The position numbers and the translations under genes are program-made. Shown piece by piece: positions 1 to 11,169 of a stretch of 43,823 bases of DNA (its first letter is position 1; every line of letters begins with the position of its first letter). The stretch spans positions 1-43,823 of the forward strand of contig NW_021834999.1 in the NCBI RefSeq assembly GCF_006345805.1. Direction: 5' to 3'. Below the pieces are notes generated by a model. The model saw only the letters and a list, made by a program, of their open reading frames with translations. It searched no databases and was not told the DNA's origin. Source of the DNA: Octopus sinensis (lineage: Eukaryota).

Positions 1-589
1 AAGCTGACCTTGGTGAGATTTCTGCTCAATCAAAACGTAAAAAGCTGTTTGCGAAATGTCGCTAAGCTTTTTATCAGAATCCAGTAAACATTCTGCTTGC
101 TTCGTCGCCTTATTGAAAGCATTAGGAACCACAAAATGAAGAATGAGAGAAGAACGAAGGAGAGAAAAGAAAGAATTAAGTGATGAAAGATAAAATGGAA
201 GAAAAAAATACAAGACAACACTCAAAACCGGAAGTAGACAGTTCACCCTGAAAACATTCCGAACAGACGTAACTGATATCATTGTCGGCGAGTTTCACTG
301 AAGATGTAGGCGTATGTGTGTGTGTGTGAGTGCGTGTGCGTATGTGTGTGTGTGAGTGCGTGTGCGTATGTATGTGTGCGTGTGCGTATGTGTGTGTGTG
401 AGTGCGTGTGCGTATGTGTGTGTGCGTGCTGTAGCCTCATAGTTCCGTGTATGTTTTGACGCCTTGTTTATTTCTTCAATTCAGAATTTTCCTTCCTTGT
501 TGTTGACGTTTAGACATAACTTGTTGTCTGTCAGCAGATGGACTCCTACAACCCACCGTCTTGCACCTAGTTGCTGTCGTGGCTTCTGT

Positions 590-607
590 CGCTGTTGTTG
601 TTGTTGT

Positions 608-660
<53 letters not shown>

Positions 661-750
661 TTACTGTTGTTTTTGCTGTGGTTGTTGCCACTGGTACAGC
701 TGCTGTTGTTATCGTGGTTTTTGTTGTTGCTGTTGTTGTGGTGGTTCTTG
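590..750. repeat. (GTT)n/(GAT)n microsatellite
   Basis: Read directly. Confidence 0.95.
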
Positions 751-1357
751 CTGTTATTACACCCAGATCAGCCATGTCAATGCAGAGCTACGAATAACGG
801 CGCTCCAGCCATGAGCTCAGCATTTTACTTTCAATCACAGTCAGTCTATGACCGTGTTATCAACGCACCTAGATCAACCGCGATTGAGCAAACTGATGAG
901 AAACGACGTGTCAACCATGACCATTCCAACTTTTATCTATTCAGACACAGTGTATCTATTTACCTTGTTATTGTCCATACACCTTGATGAAGCATGATCG
1001 AGCAGACAACCTATGAATAATGACATTTTTTCCCGTTTAGGCACAGTCTATCTAGGACTATATCATTCAATGTGGTTGTCTCCTTTTTCTAATGGAGAAT
1101 TGTAACCGCAGACATTGTAGTCCAAGGTCAACATAATCAAACCTCATGAGGTTTGTTAAGCTGATCTGGAGAAATTCACAGGAAACAGTAATTAATATTT
1201 TCAGGTGAAAAAAGAGGGTGAGTTAGCAGAATACTTTCGGGGTCAATAAAACAAGTACCAGTCAACCACTGGGGGCCGATGTAATCAACTAGCCCATTCT
1301 CTTAAAATGTCATGCCTTGTGCTTATAGAAGAAAGGAATATTTTCGGGTGAAAAAAA

Positions 1358-1560
1358 GGCAGCGAGCTAGCAGAATCGTTAGAATAAAATGCTTGGCGGC
1401 ATTTCGCCCGTCTTTACGTTCTGAGTTCAAACTCTTCTGACATCGACTTTGTCTTTCATTCTTTAGGGGCCAATGAAATAAGAACACTAGGGTTGATGTC
1501 ATTGAACTTACCCATTTCCCCCCGAATTTTCTGGCCTTATGCCAAAATCTGAAGCCAATA
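1358..1560 (+). mobile_element. tRNA-derived SINE family B
   Basis: GGCAGCGAGCTAGCAGAATCGTTAG ... GAGTTCAAA (A/B boxes) and TTTCATCCTTTCGGGGTCGATAAA-type central domain, reminiscent of the Meta/Ceph SINE domain; a partial copy lies at about 1235-1335. Confidence 0.75.
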
Positions 1561-1756
1561 TTTTCAGGTGAAAAAAAAAAGTTATTCTGTGCTATGTCAC
1601 GTACGTCACACTTCTTCTTTTGGATCCTTAAAAAAAAAAAACTCACCAAATATCCCAGGTAAAAAAAAAAATATTTTGTTTAATACTCGTCTGCGAAGTC
1701 AAACATGGCTGTAAAAATGAGTGAATATAATTCTTGTTGATGTTCAAGATTTACAG

Positions 1757-1930
1757 AACTCATGCGCAATCTGCGGCCCGCGTTAATTTCTGAATGGCAC
1801 ATCTAAAGAAAACTTACTTTTAGTTTTCTTTTCTTTCTTTTTCTTTTTAGTAGTGCATCTTCCCTGGTGATCAGCCACGTCTCATGCGGCCTGCTTCTCA
1901 AAAAAAAAAAAAAGGGTTTCCCTGTACCGG
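1757..1930. mobile_element. hAT-type MITE, old
   Basis: Exact 8-bp TSD ATTTACAG (1749-1756 and 1931-1938), degenerate TIRs, subterminal CTGCGGCCCGCG. Confidence 0.6.
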
Positions 1931-2904
1931 ATTTACAGTTTAGATATTTCCTAATTCGTGTCTCTGACTGCCACGTACGTCACGCAAGAATGGTCCGAAT
2001 ATGATTTGAGGGAACCTTGACTGATCTTTCTCGCATCAGGTCAAACACCCTCGTGGTGAAACGTGTCCGGTGACGTCATGGCGTTCATGTTTAGAAACTT
2101 AATTGGTCACACTTCAGTATTTCTATAGTATTTTCATGAAATATGTTGCTTCTATTTAGACCTAGGTCATGACACTCCATTCAGGACCATCTTGTCGTTC
2201 GTCAGGCATAGTATACTTCGGATACCGTTACCTAATGCGATCTTTCTTTTAAGATGTTGTTTAAGGAAGATTTGGTTGCTATTTCTAGTAGGTCAAGTGA
2301 ACTTATACAGAGGCTCGTTTGTGCATGTGTGTATGTGCGTGCGTTTGAGTGTCCATGTATGGGACTGTGTGCATATTACAATGCGTACGCGCGTACATGT
2401 CATTGTATGTGTATGTGACTATTGCGTGTGTGATTGTTTTTGTGTATGCGATCATGTGTGGATGTGATAAGTATGATTGTGCGTGAGTGTGTATGTGACT
2501 GTGTATGCATGTGTGTATATGTATGGGTCTCTCTCTGTATGTGTGGGTGTGCATGTGTATGTATGATTATGTGTATATATTTGTGTATGCATGTAATTTT
2601 ACGTTTGTAAATATGTGTATGTAATTATGTTCTTATGCGTGATCTGTGCGTCTGTGCATCATAATTGCTCACGTATGTGCATGTATGATTGTACATGTTA
2701 TTCCGTATGCAGCAGGGCGTGGATTTAGTTATCGGCAGGACCTAGCAAATCAGATTCCTAGCTTTGAATTAGGAGGATGTCATGCAGAGGATCTTGAATA
2801 CAAGACAATGGATGAGACCCTAATATCCCTAGTTAGATGGAAACTGTGGGACCACATGGAGCAGCTCAACGGAAACCCCTATGAGGCGTCCTATGGGATG
2901 ACCT

Positions 2905-3050
2905 AGATTTCAACGTCATACGTTAAGCTGTGTCGATTTCAACGTCATACGTTAAACGGTGTCGGTTTCAACGTCATATATTAATCTGCGATACCTTCAA
3001 TGTCGCTTGATAATCTGCGATATATTAATCTGTGATATTTCAACGGGTAA
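2905..3050. repeat. Short ~29-bp tandem repeat
   Basis: GATTTCAACGTCATACGTTAA..GTGTC, three good copies then degenerate ones. Confidence 0.8.
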
Positions 3051-3149
3051 TCCGTAGCTATAGTTTTCTAGAATTTTAATAACATTTATTCTTTTATCAA
3101 AATTTCATGAATCCTTTGAATGTTACTTCGTTTCCCTCTTTTTCTTTCT

Positions 3150-3265
3150 CTCACTCACTCACTCACTCACTCACTCACTCACTCACTCACTCTCTCTTTC
3201 ACTTTCTCTCTTTATCTATCTATCTGTCTGTCTGTCAGTCTGTCTGCCAGTCTGCTGTCTGTCCA

Positions 3266-3357
<92 letters not shown>

Positions 3358-3367
3358 GTCTGTCTGT

Positions 3368-3400
<33 letters not shown>
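3150..3400. repeat. Compound (TCAC)n/(TCTA)n/(TCTG)n microsatellite
   Basis: Read directly. Confidence 0.95.
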
Positions 3401-3401
<1 letters not shown>

Positions 3402-3732
3402 CCTCCACCTCTGCCATTTTATTTCTTTCTGTTTTTCTTTAATACGAATATTGCCTACTATTTCCTCTTCTTTCTTCTTTTATTCCTCCCTCGTCTAGTA
3501 AATAGTGTTTTAATGGGTCATGAAAGCAAAATACTAAATAGTGAATAATGTTTTAAGGGTCCCTGAAAAGATTTTGTACCAGACGTATTCATGTATTGCA
3601 AGAAACCGGTTTTTCTCTAACGTTTTACATATTTCAACATGTTTCCGGCCATTGGAACATGTTCTCTGAGAGTGTGCTACTGCAAACCTATACAAGTGAA
3701 AAAAAAAAAAAAAAAAAAAATTTTGAAATTAT

Positions 3733-3910
3733 GGAGTGGCTGTGTGGTAAGTAGCTTGCTTACCAACCACACGGTTCCGGGTTCAGTCCCACTGTGTGGC
3801 AACTTGGGCAAGTGTCTTCTACTATGCCTCGGGCTGACCAAAGTCTTGTGAGTGGATTTGGTAGACGGAAACTGAAAGAAGCCCGTCGTATATATATATA
3901 TTATATATCA

Positions 3911-3947
<37 letters not shown>

Positions 3948-4131
3948 ATATAATATATATATATATTATATATATGTGTGTATGTGTCCGTAACTGAGCG
4001 GTTCGGCAAAAGAGACCGATAGCATAAGTACTAGGTTTACAAAGAATAAGTCCTGGGGTCGATTTGCTTGACTAAAGGCGGTGCTCCAGCATGGCCGCAG
4101 TCAAATGACTGAAACAAGTAAATGAGTAAAG
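3733..4131 (+). mobile_element. tRNA-derived SINE family A (internal microsatellite)
   Basis: A box TGGCTGTGTGGT, B-box-like GGTTCAGTCCC, internal (TA)n, tail GAAACAAGTAAAAGAG-like; nine or more copies in the window. Confidence 0.85.
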
Positions 4132-4719
4132 AAGTACTTATAAAACTAGTTTCTAAACATGGAATGAGGATGGACGAAGTGGGGGGGGGGCACCAATATA
4201 AAAGAGTAATCAAAAGGGTCCATAGGTAATCACGGCTCGAGATGCTTTACATACAGCCTCTACGTTGTTCAAGATGGCTCTTCTGTTCATCCATGTGATA
4301 TCCAAAGTTCCATAGGTCTCCCTATGGGAACGATTTGCGAACCTTCGACTGCTCTCCTCCATTGGTAAGCGTCTCAACCATCATTCCTTTCTTGCGGCTC
4401 CTTCCATCAATTCCTGACACTTTTAGAATTTATCTCCTGAATTTGTTTAGATTTTAACGCTAGAATTTGAAATTTGATCGTTAGATTTATACGATAATCA
4501 GTTAAGTGTTTATTTTCTTAACGATTTGTAGATATTGTTTGCGTGTTTATTTTCGTATTGTATTGTTTTATGAGTAATGCGTCCATCATTAACCGTCTAT
4601 TTTTGTAGGGAATTCTGTATAGGATGGAGGTGTTGTTCACTAATGTTTTCTTTGTCATCACGTTACCATGTTACGTGGTACTGCAATTACTACTCCTTGT
4701 TGCAGGTGCACAGTAAGCC

Positions 4720-4783
<64 letters not shown>

Positions 4784-4791
4784 AGAGAGAC

Positions 4792-4850
<59 letters not shown>

Positions 4851-4954
4851 GTCGTAATTGTATGGCCAATATGACAGCTTGAAGTGATGTAAAAGTTTCA
4901 CTTTTACAATTGAATTTATAAATCTCTGACCATTTCTCAGGTTTATATTTATTC

Positions 4955-5166
4955 TTTTCTACTTTAGGCGCAAGACCCGATATTTTTGGGGAGTTGGGGG
5001 GGGCAGTCGATTAGATCGACCCAGTACGCAACTGGTACTTAATTTATCGACCCCGAAAGGATACAGGCAAAGTCGACCTCGGCGGAATTTGAACTCAGCA
5101 TATATAGACGAAATACCGCTAAGCATTTTGCCCGGCCTACTAACGTTTCTGCCAGCTCGCTGCCTT
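4955..5166 (-). mobile_element. SINE family B
   Basis: Reverse-complement homology. Confidence 0.82.
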
Positions 5167-5361
5167 ATCAGGTTTACATTTATGATTTAAGAACTTTTCT
5201 TTTGTGCTATTAAAGTTGTAAATGGGTTGGTACGATGCATTCTGTGTTTCGAGGATTGTTGATGATGGGAACATCCTTTCTATTGTTAGTACGTATTTGA
5301 TTCATATCATACGTCTAATACTCAGCTTTACATGCTCGAATTTTAAGTATCTTTGTATTCT

Positions 5362-5553
5362 TTTATTCTCTTCTACTCTAGGCACAAGTCGATTAGATCG
5401 ACCCCAGTACACAACTGGTACTAAATTTAACGACCCCCGAAAGGATGAAAGGCAAAGTTGACCTGGGTAGAATTTGAACTCAGGACGTAAAGACAGACGA
5501 AATACGCTAAGCATTTTCGTCCTGCGCGCTAACGATTCTGCCAACTCGCCACC
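5362..5553 (-). mobile_element. SINE family B
   Basis: Reverse-complement homology. Confidence 0.82.
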
Positions 5554-5555
5554 TT

Positions 5556-5836
5556 TTGTATTCTTTTATTCTTTGTCTGGTTTCAGTCATTCGAATTTCG
5601 GTCGAACGAATCAACCCTAGTACTTAGTTTTTTAAAGCCTGGTACTTATTCTATCGGTTACTTTTGTCGAACCTCTAGGTTACCGGGACATAAACATACC
5701 AAAACCAGTTGTCAACTGGTGGTGGTGGGGGCCAAAAGCAAGCACAAAGAAGCACACACACGTACATACATCTATATGTATATGTATGTATGCATGTATA
5801 CATTTATGTATGTATGTGTGTGTATGAATATATATA

Positions 5837-5872
<36 letters not shown>

Positions 5873-5886
5873 TGTATGTATGTATG

Positions 5887-5921
<35 letters not shown>

Positions 5922-6058
5922 TATGGGATTCCTTCAGTTTCCGACCACCAAACCCACTCAGAAGGTTCTGGTCGGTACGAGGTTATAGTAGAAGACACTT
6001 GGCCAAGGTGCTACGCGGCGGGACTGAACCCAGGACCATGTGTTTGGGAAGCAAACTC
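5556..6058 (-). mobile_element. SINE family A
   Basis: Reverse-complement homology to 3733-4131. Confidence 0.8.
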
Positions 6059-6174
6059 AAGTATTAACGTAGTAATATTCAAATATTACCAAAGTTAGTA
6101 CCCGGCAACGTGTGACTCCGTCTGTTTTTAGTACTGCGAGAATTTTTGATGATATATTCCTCTGTTCTATAGCT

Positions 6175-6500
6175 CGTATAAGGATCACTCCGTCGGTTGC
6201 GACGGCGAGGGTCCCAGCTGATACGATCAACGGAACAGCTTGCTCGTGAAATTAACGTGCATGTGGCTGAGCACTCCACAGACACGTGTACCCTTAACAC
6301 GTAGTTCTCGGGGGAGATTCAGCGTGACACAGAATTTGGCCCTTTGAAATACAGGTACAACTCATTTTTGCCATTTGAGTGGACTGGAGCAACGTGAAAT
6401 AAAGTGTCTTGCACATAGACACAGCGCGCCTCCGGGAATCGAATTCATGACCTTACGATCGCGAGTCGAATGCCCTAACCACGAAGCCACGCGCCTTCAC
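6175..6500 (-). mobile_element. tRNA-derived SINE family C
   Basis: Minus strand GGCGCGTGGCTTCGTGGTTAGGGCATTCGACTC...TTCGATTCCCGG; related copies at 20100-20368 (-), 28170-28330 (-) and 18683-18830 (+). Confidence 0.78.
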
Positions 6501-6674
6501 ATAGCTAGTTTATATCGGATTCATAATCTATGTTTTGTGTGTAATTTGTGTATTATTTTTTTTAATGCAACTAACGATTCCACACATTTTTCATTCACCA
6601 AATTCTGCTCTCAAGACTTTGGATAATCAGAGGTTATGATACACGACACCTGACCGATATTCTCTTTTGTAAGC

Positions 6675-6895
6675 TGGCGGCGAGCTGGCAGAATCGTTAG
6701 CACGCCGGTCGAAATACTTAGCAGTAGTATTTCGCTTGTCGAAACGTCTTTACGTTCTGAGTTCACATTCCACCGAAGTCGACTTTGCCTTTCATCCTTT
6801 TGGTGTCGATGAATTAAGTACCAGTTGCGTACTGTGGTCGATATAATCGACTAGTCTCCTTCCCCCAAATTTCAGGTCTATAGTAGAAAGTAATA
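6675..6895 (+). mobile_element. SINE family B
   Basis: GGCGGCGAGCTGGCAGAATCGTTAGCACGCC ... TATAGTAGAAAG. Confidence 0.85.
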
Positions 6896-7969
6896 TTCTC
6901 TATTATAGGACCGCAACCAGATTCATGTGATTGAGAAACGATCTTCTTTACAACACATCCGTCTTTGCACCTTTTATATTTGAATGCGAGGTTTGTTTTT
7001 CGTCATTGTCGACGTAGATAACAAGCTTTACATTTTATTTCAATCTATTTATAATTTGTTTAGTCTGGAAATAACATCAAAATGGTATCATAACAAGAAC
7101 GTACCGTATAAAAGAAAGCAACCACAATCATGAAATTTTAAAAGAAAAAACACACCATAAAAAGAAAAGAAACACACGCACACACAGAAAACCGAACCCT
7201 TTCATACTTTAATGCTTAGATATTCTATTTATAAATGAAGAGAAGGGGACACTATTTATATTACATTATATTGTGTGTGTGTGTGTGTGTGTGTGTGTTT
7301 GGGTGGGTGTATTTCTAAATTAAGTTTAGACAAATGCATGCATTCGGAACTAATAATGAGATTATGATGGGAATCAAACTCATTTCATCTGGTTGATCCT
7401 TGATGCGGTAACCAAATATTTTAATGTCACTTGGCAATGAACCAGCAGTCTTTGCAGTCGAGGAGAAAATTCTGCCTTTAGAAAGCAATTTATGTAAAGT
7501 GTCTTACTTGCGTGTGGGATCTTATATGCTTAGCACTGAACAATTATGGTGTGACCCCAGGACAATCGTTACGGACCCACTTTTCTCCCTTTACAACTAG
7601 CTGCTCCCATCCCCATCCCTTCTCTTCTCTTCGTCTCTCCCACACACTCACACAAACACACGTTTACAGACACACGGACGTACACACTCTTTCCCTCTGT
7701 CATAATTGCTTCATTAATTAGTTCACTTATTTATCTATTTATTTATTTATTCATTTATTTTTGAGGTAATTAGTAAACGAATGCCTCGTAGGTTACAGCT
7801 TCCCAACGGACCAATCCCTGGTTTGTTGAAGTTTTACTGGAAACTCTGTAACTCAATGCACAACAAATACCTCAAGGTACTTCGTTTCGTTCTTAAACCG
7901 GTTTTCCGGTTTTTCGATCAGATGTATATCCATTGCCGATATAGATCAACGAAAGTATATATATATATA

Positions 7970-8250
7970 TATATATCACGTGACCGACCAGTCCAGATGT
8001 TGCTACACATCGCTGGTCACAATGCGTTCGCATTGTTTTAGCCTTCGAATGACGCCACCCCGCTGGCTAAGCGAGCAGGCCAACAGAAGAAAGAGTGAGA
8101 GAAAGAGTGGTGAGTACAGCAGGGGTCACCTCGTGGAGCTTTGAGGTGTTTTCGCTCATTAAACACACACAACGCCCGGTCTGGATATCGAAACCGCGAT
8201 CCTACGACCGCGAGTCCGCTGCCCTAACCACTAGGCCATTGTGCCTCCTT
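7970..8250 (-). mobile_element. tRNA-derived SINE family D
   Basis: Minus strand GGAGGCACAATGGCCTAGTGGTTAGGGCAGCGGACTCGCGG...GTTTCGATATCC; the same head appears at 43784-43823 (+). Confidence 0.8.
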
Positions 8251-8330
8251 ATATATATATATATATATATATAGATATATATATATTATATTATATATAT
8301 ATTATATATATTATATATATAATATATATA

Positions 8331-8406
<76 letters not shown>

Positions 8407-8428
8407 TATATATATATATATATATATA

Positions 8429-8840
8429 CTCTTTTACTCTTTTACTTGTTTCAGTAATTTGACTGCGGCCATGCTGGAGCACCGCCTTTAGTCGAGGAAA
8501 TCGACCCCAGGACTTATTCTTTGTAAGCCTAGTATTATTCTATCGGTCTCTTTTGCCGAATCGCTAAGTTACGGGGACGTAAACACACCAGCATCGGTTG
8601 TCAAGCGATGTTGGGGGGGGGACAAACACAAGCACACAAACACACACACATACATATATATATACATATATACGACAGGCTTCTTTCAGTTTCCATCTAC
8701 CAAATCCACTCACCAGGCTTTGGCCGACCCCGAGGCTATAGTAAGAAGACATTTGCCTAAGTTGCCACGCATTGGACTGAACCCAGAGCCATGTGGTTAG
8801 TAAGCAAGCTACTTACCACGCAGTCACTCCTGCGCCTATA
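8429..8840 (-). mobile_element. SINE family A
   Basis: Full-length reverse-complement copy starting ATAGGCGCAGGAGTG. Confidence 0.85.
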
Positions 8841-8859
8841 ACATACATACATATATATT

Positions 8860-8902
<43 letters not shown>

Positions 8903-8979
8903 ATATATTATATTATTAATATTTATATGCATACATATACATACATAACATATATACATATATATACATACAAATACAT

Positions 8980-9031
<52 letters not shown>

Positions 9032-9195
9032 ATATTAGGGAATAAATCCAAAATTACGGGCAAAAATCAGATTTAGGATTAAATCCAATTTTATAGTAAA
9101 ATATTATATAATATTAATTCGAGACAAACCACTTTTTGCAAATCAAACAAGGAAAGACTTAATCAATACATACAAAATTTTAATATAAAGTAAAT

Positions 9196-9249
9196 AAATC
9201 GCCACTACAATTGTTTCATGTCTTCAAATGACATTCGTCAGGTGGATTT
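9196..9249 (-). ncRNA. Type I minimal hammerhead motif, left arm of fold-back
   Basis: Exact reverse complement of the 9283-9336 motif. Confidence 0.8.
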
Positions 9250-9282
9250 CCGATCTTCTATTAAAACTGAATAGAAGATCGG

Positions 9283-9336
9283 AAATCCACCTGACGAATG
9301 TCATTTGAAGACATGAAACAATTGTAGTGGCGATTT
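9283..9336 (+). ncRNA. Type I minimal hammerhead motif, right arm of fold-back
   Basis: CCAC CTGACGA ATGTC-ATTTGAA-GACAT GAAA CAATTG TA GTGG. Stem III ACAATTGT is a perfect palindrome; GUA triplet. Confidence 0.8.
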
Positions 9337-9452
9337 ATTTACTTTATATTAAAATTTTTTATGTATTGATTAAGTCTTTCCTTGTTTGATTTGCAAATAT
9401 TGGTTTTGTCTCGAATTAATATTATATATTATATATATATATATATATATAG

Positions 9453-9495
<43 letters not shown>

Positions 9496-9497
<2 letters not shown>

Positions 9498-9913
9498 CAA
9501 TGATAAATCTCAGAGCGAGTTATAAACAGTAGCGGTAACACATCGTGTTCCATATTTGCCATTTGAATATGGCTAACCCATAAGGGTGGATGCTACTGTA
9601 GTTTGTAGCCCCAGGAGATACCTCCTCCAGCTGGCCATAGACACACTATCTGTGTCCTGTCAGTATTTGTGAGGGGAATCATCCTCCCCGTCTTCAACAC
9701 ATGATACACACGTACCCGAGTTTCAAGGTGTTTACCTTTCATCAGCGTGTGACAATCATGGTTGTCGATAAGAAGTCAGATCCCCTCACAAATACATATA
9801 CTTTTTCCAGTGTCGATCTGACACTGATGTTGAAAAAATGAAATCAAACAATGATAAATCTCAGAGCGAGTTATAAACAGTAGCGGTAACACATCGTGTT
9901 GCATATTTGCCAT
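9496..9913 (-). mobile_element. 351-bp hammerhead-bearing unit with 67-bp terminal redundancy (retrozyme/pLTR-like)
   Basis: Direct repeats 9496-9562 and 9847-9913 (1 mismatch in 67) flank an intact hammerhead; TA microsatellite on both sides. Confidence 0.7.
9707..9751 (-). ncRNA. Type I minimal hammerhead ribozyme motif, intact
   Basis: Minus strand CACACG CTGATGA AAGGT-AAAC-ACCTT GAAA CTCGGG TA CGTGTG. Complete core, 6-bp stem I, 5-bp stem II, short near-palindromic stem III, GUA cleavage triplet. Confidence 0.85.
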
Positions 9914-9995
9914 ATATATATATGTATGTATATGTGTATCTATCTACTATCTATCTATCTAATATATAGATATATATATATAAGAGAGAGAGAGG

Positions 9996-10027
<32 letters not shown>

Positions 10028-10111
10028 AAGAGAGAGGGAGAGAAAGAGAGAGAGAGGTGGTACCCCAGTATGGCCGTGGTCAAATGACTGAAACAAGTAA
10101 AAAAATATGTC

Positions 10112-10314
10112 CCTTTTACTCTTTTACTTATTTCAGTCTGTGGCCATGCTGGAGCACCGCCTTTAGTCGAGCAAATCAACCCCAGTACTTAAACGTCTGG
10201 TACTTATTGTATTGGTTTCTTTTGCCGAGCCGCTAGGTTATGGGGACGTAAAAACAACGGCGCTGGTTGTCAAGCAGTGCAGAAAAGGGACAAGCTCACA
10301 CACACACGACGGGC

Positions 10315-10315
<1 letters not shown>
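10112..10315 (-). mobile_element. SINE family A, 3' half
   Basis: Homology to the family A 3' part; an opposite-strand tail fragment lies at about 10066-10102. Confidence 0.75.
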
Positions 10316-10343
<28 letters not shown>

Positions 10344-10345
<2 letters not shown>

Positions 10346-10820
10346 TTAAAATTGAGGATAAAATCTTTATAAGAAATTATCAATAGTTAGCGCTAACTAC
10401 TGATAATTTCTTATAAAGATTTTATCCTCAATTTTAAATTTATATTTTTCACCGGAATAGTTCAATTCTGAATTTTTGTTCCGAGTAAGCAATTTGTTAC
10501 CGAAATGCATTGCGAATAAGCCCGCCATTTTCATAGATATGTAAAGATAAACATTCGTACATGCTACGACGAATTCTACGGTTGGCTATCGAGCTTGTAA
10601 CGTTATGTTTTTTCTTATATATCTTGAGTTTGTTGCACTGATGAACATACAATGCATATTCTGCATTAATTGCGAAATCACAGGTGATATGTAACTAAAT
10701 TCTTTTTTTAAATGACTTGCTTTGAAGTTTTGCATTCGGTACAGTTTGTTTATTTTAGTAGTTATGGCCGCAAGGGCCCCTCCTAGCGTGCGGTGTCTAT
10801 GAATAGTAGTACCCTCTATA
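10344..10820 (+). mobile_element. Penelope-like short element: 96-bp palindrome followed by a hammerhead-bearing body
   Basis: Palindrome 10344-10439 (48-bp arms, no loop, 1 mismatch), then hammerhead at 10632-10695; flanked by (TA)n. Confidence 0.5.
10632..10695 (+). ncRNA. Type I hammerhead motif with imperfect stem II
   Basis: GTTGCA CTGATGA [ACAtacAATGCAtattcTGCATTaatTGC] GAAA TCACAGGTGA TA TGTAAC. 6-bp stem I, core intact, A/C mismatch at the base of stem II, AUA triplet. Confidence 0.62.
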
Positions 10821-10905
10821 TAATATATATATATATATATATATAAAATCTATATCTGTATATCTATCTATCTGTCTGTCTGTCTATCTATTTGTTATTA
10901 ACAGC

Positions 10906-11169
10906 GGAAGCAGTATTAGTTCAAAATTAAGCTAATTTGTATCAGTTAAGTATGTTGTGCATCCTGCACAAAGTACCTGACGCAGATGTACTGCATCCCA
11001 CACCAAATACTGCGCTATTCGTATTGAGAAAGCACCACGTATAGCCATAAAGTATTTACGTTTATGCGAGATGCTTTCTCGAGACGATTACCGCAGTTTT
11101 CGGGCTTTCTTATAGTATACCTGTTTAAGAATGGTATACAGAATAGTATTTTGAACTAATACTGCTTCC
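10906..11169. mobile_element. Unclassified MITE
   Basis: Perfect 22-bp inverted repeats GGAAGCAGTATTAGTTCAAAAT at 10906-10927 and 11148-11169; TSD not resolved. Confidence 0.6.

Larger units (their letters stand above)
9030..9428. mobile_element. Penelope-like pLTR-derived fold-back element
   Basis: Arms of about 158 bp (9105-9262 and 9270-9428) around a 7-nt loop, each carrying a hammerhead. The left arm continues with unique sequence to about 9030. Confidence 0.65.

Noticed and set aside
893-915. CTGATGA-GAAA-CGACGTG-TC as a hammerhead
   Set aside because: No stem II between the core halves and no stem I pairing.
1590-2080. CRE-like TGACGTCA and repeated CACGTACGTCAC as a regulatory module; also TGCGCA-type motifs near 24065-24100
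   Set aside because: Short motifs with no linked transcription start; expected by chance over 44 kb.
2715-2753. GRGFSYRQDLANQ as the missing first exon of the CH gene
   Set aside because: It loosely resembles a transgelin N-terminus, but there is no GT donor after the Gln codon (CAG|ATT) and no suitable in-frame ATG.
2808-2870. GGATGA...GAAACTGTGGGACCACA as a decayed hammerhead
   Set aside because: Core, stem I, stem II and the cleavage triplet would all need several changes; not distinguishable from chance.
6430-8250. tRNA genes at the SINE heads (also 20290-20368 and 43784-43823)
   Set aside because: A and B boxes are present, but the acceptor stem is not closed and the sequence continues into shared SINE bodies.
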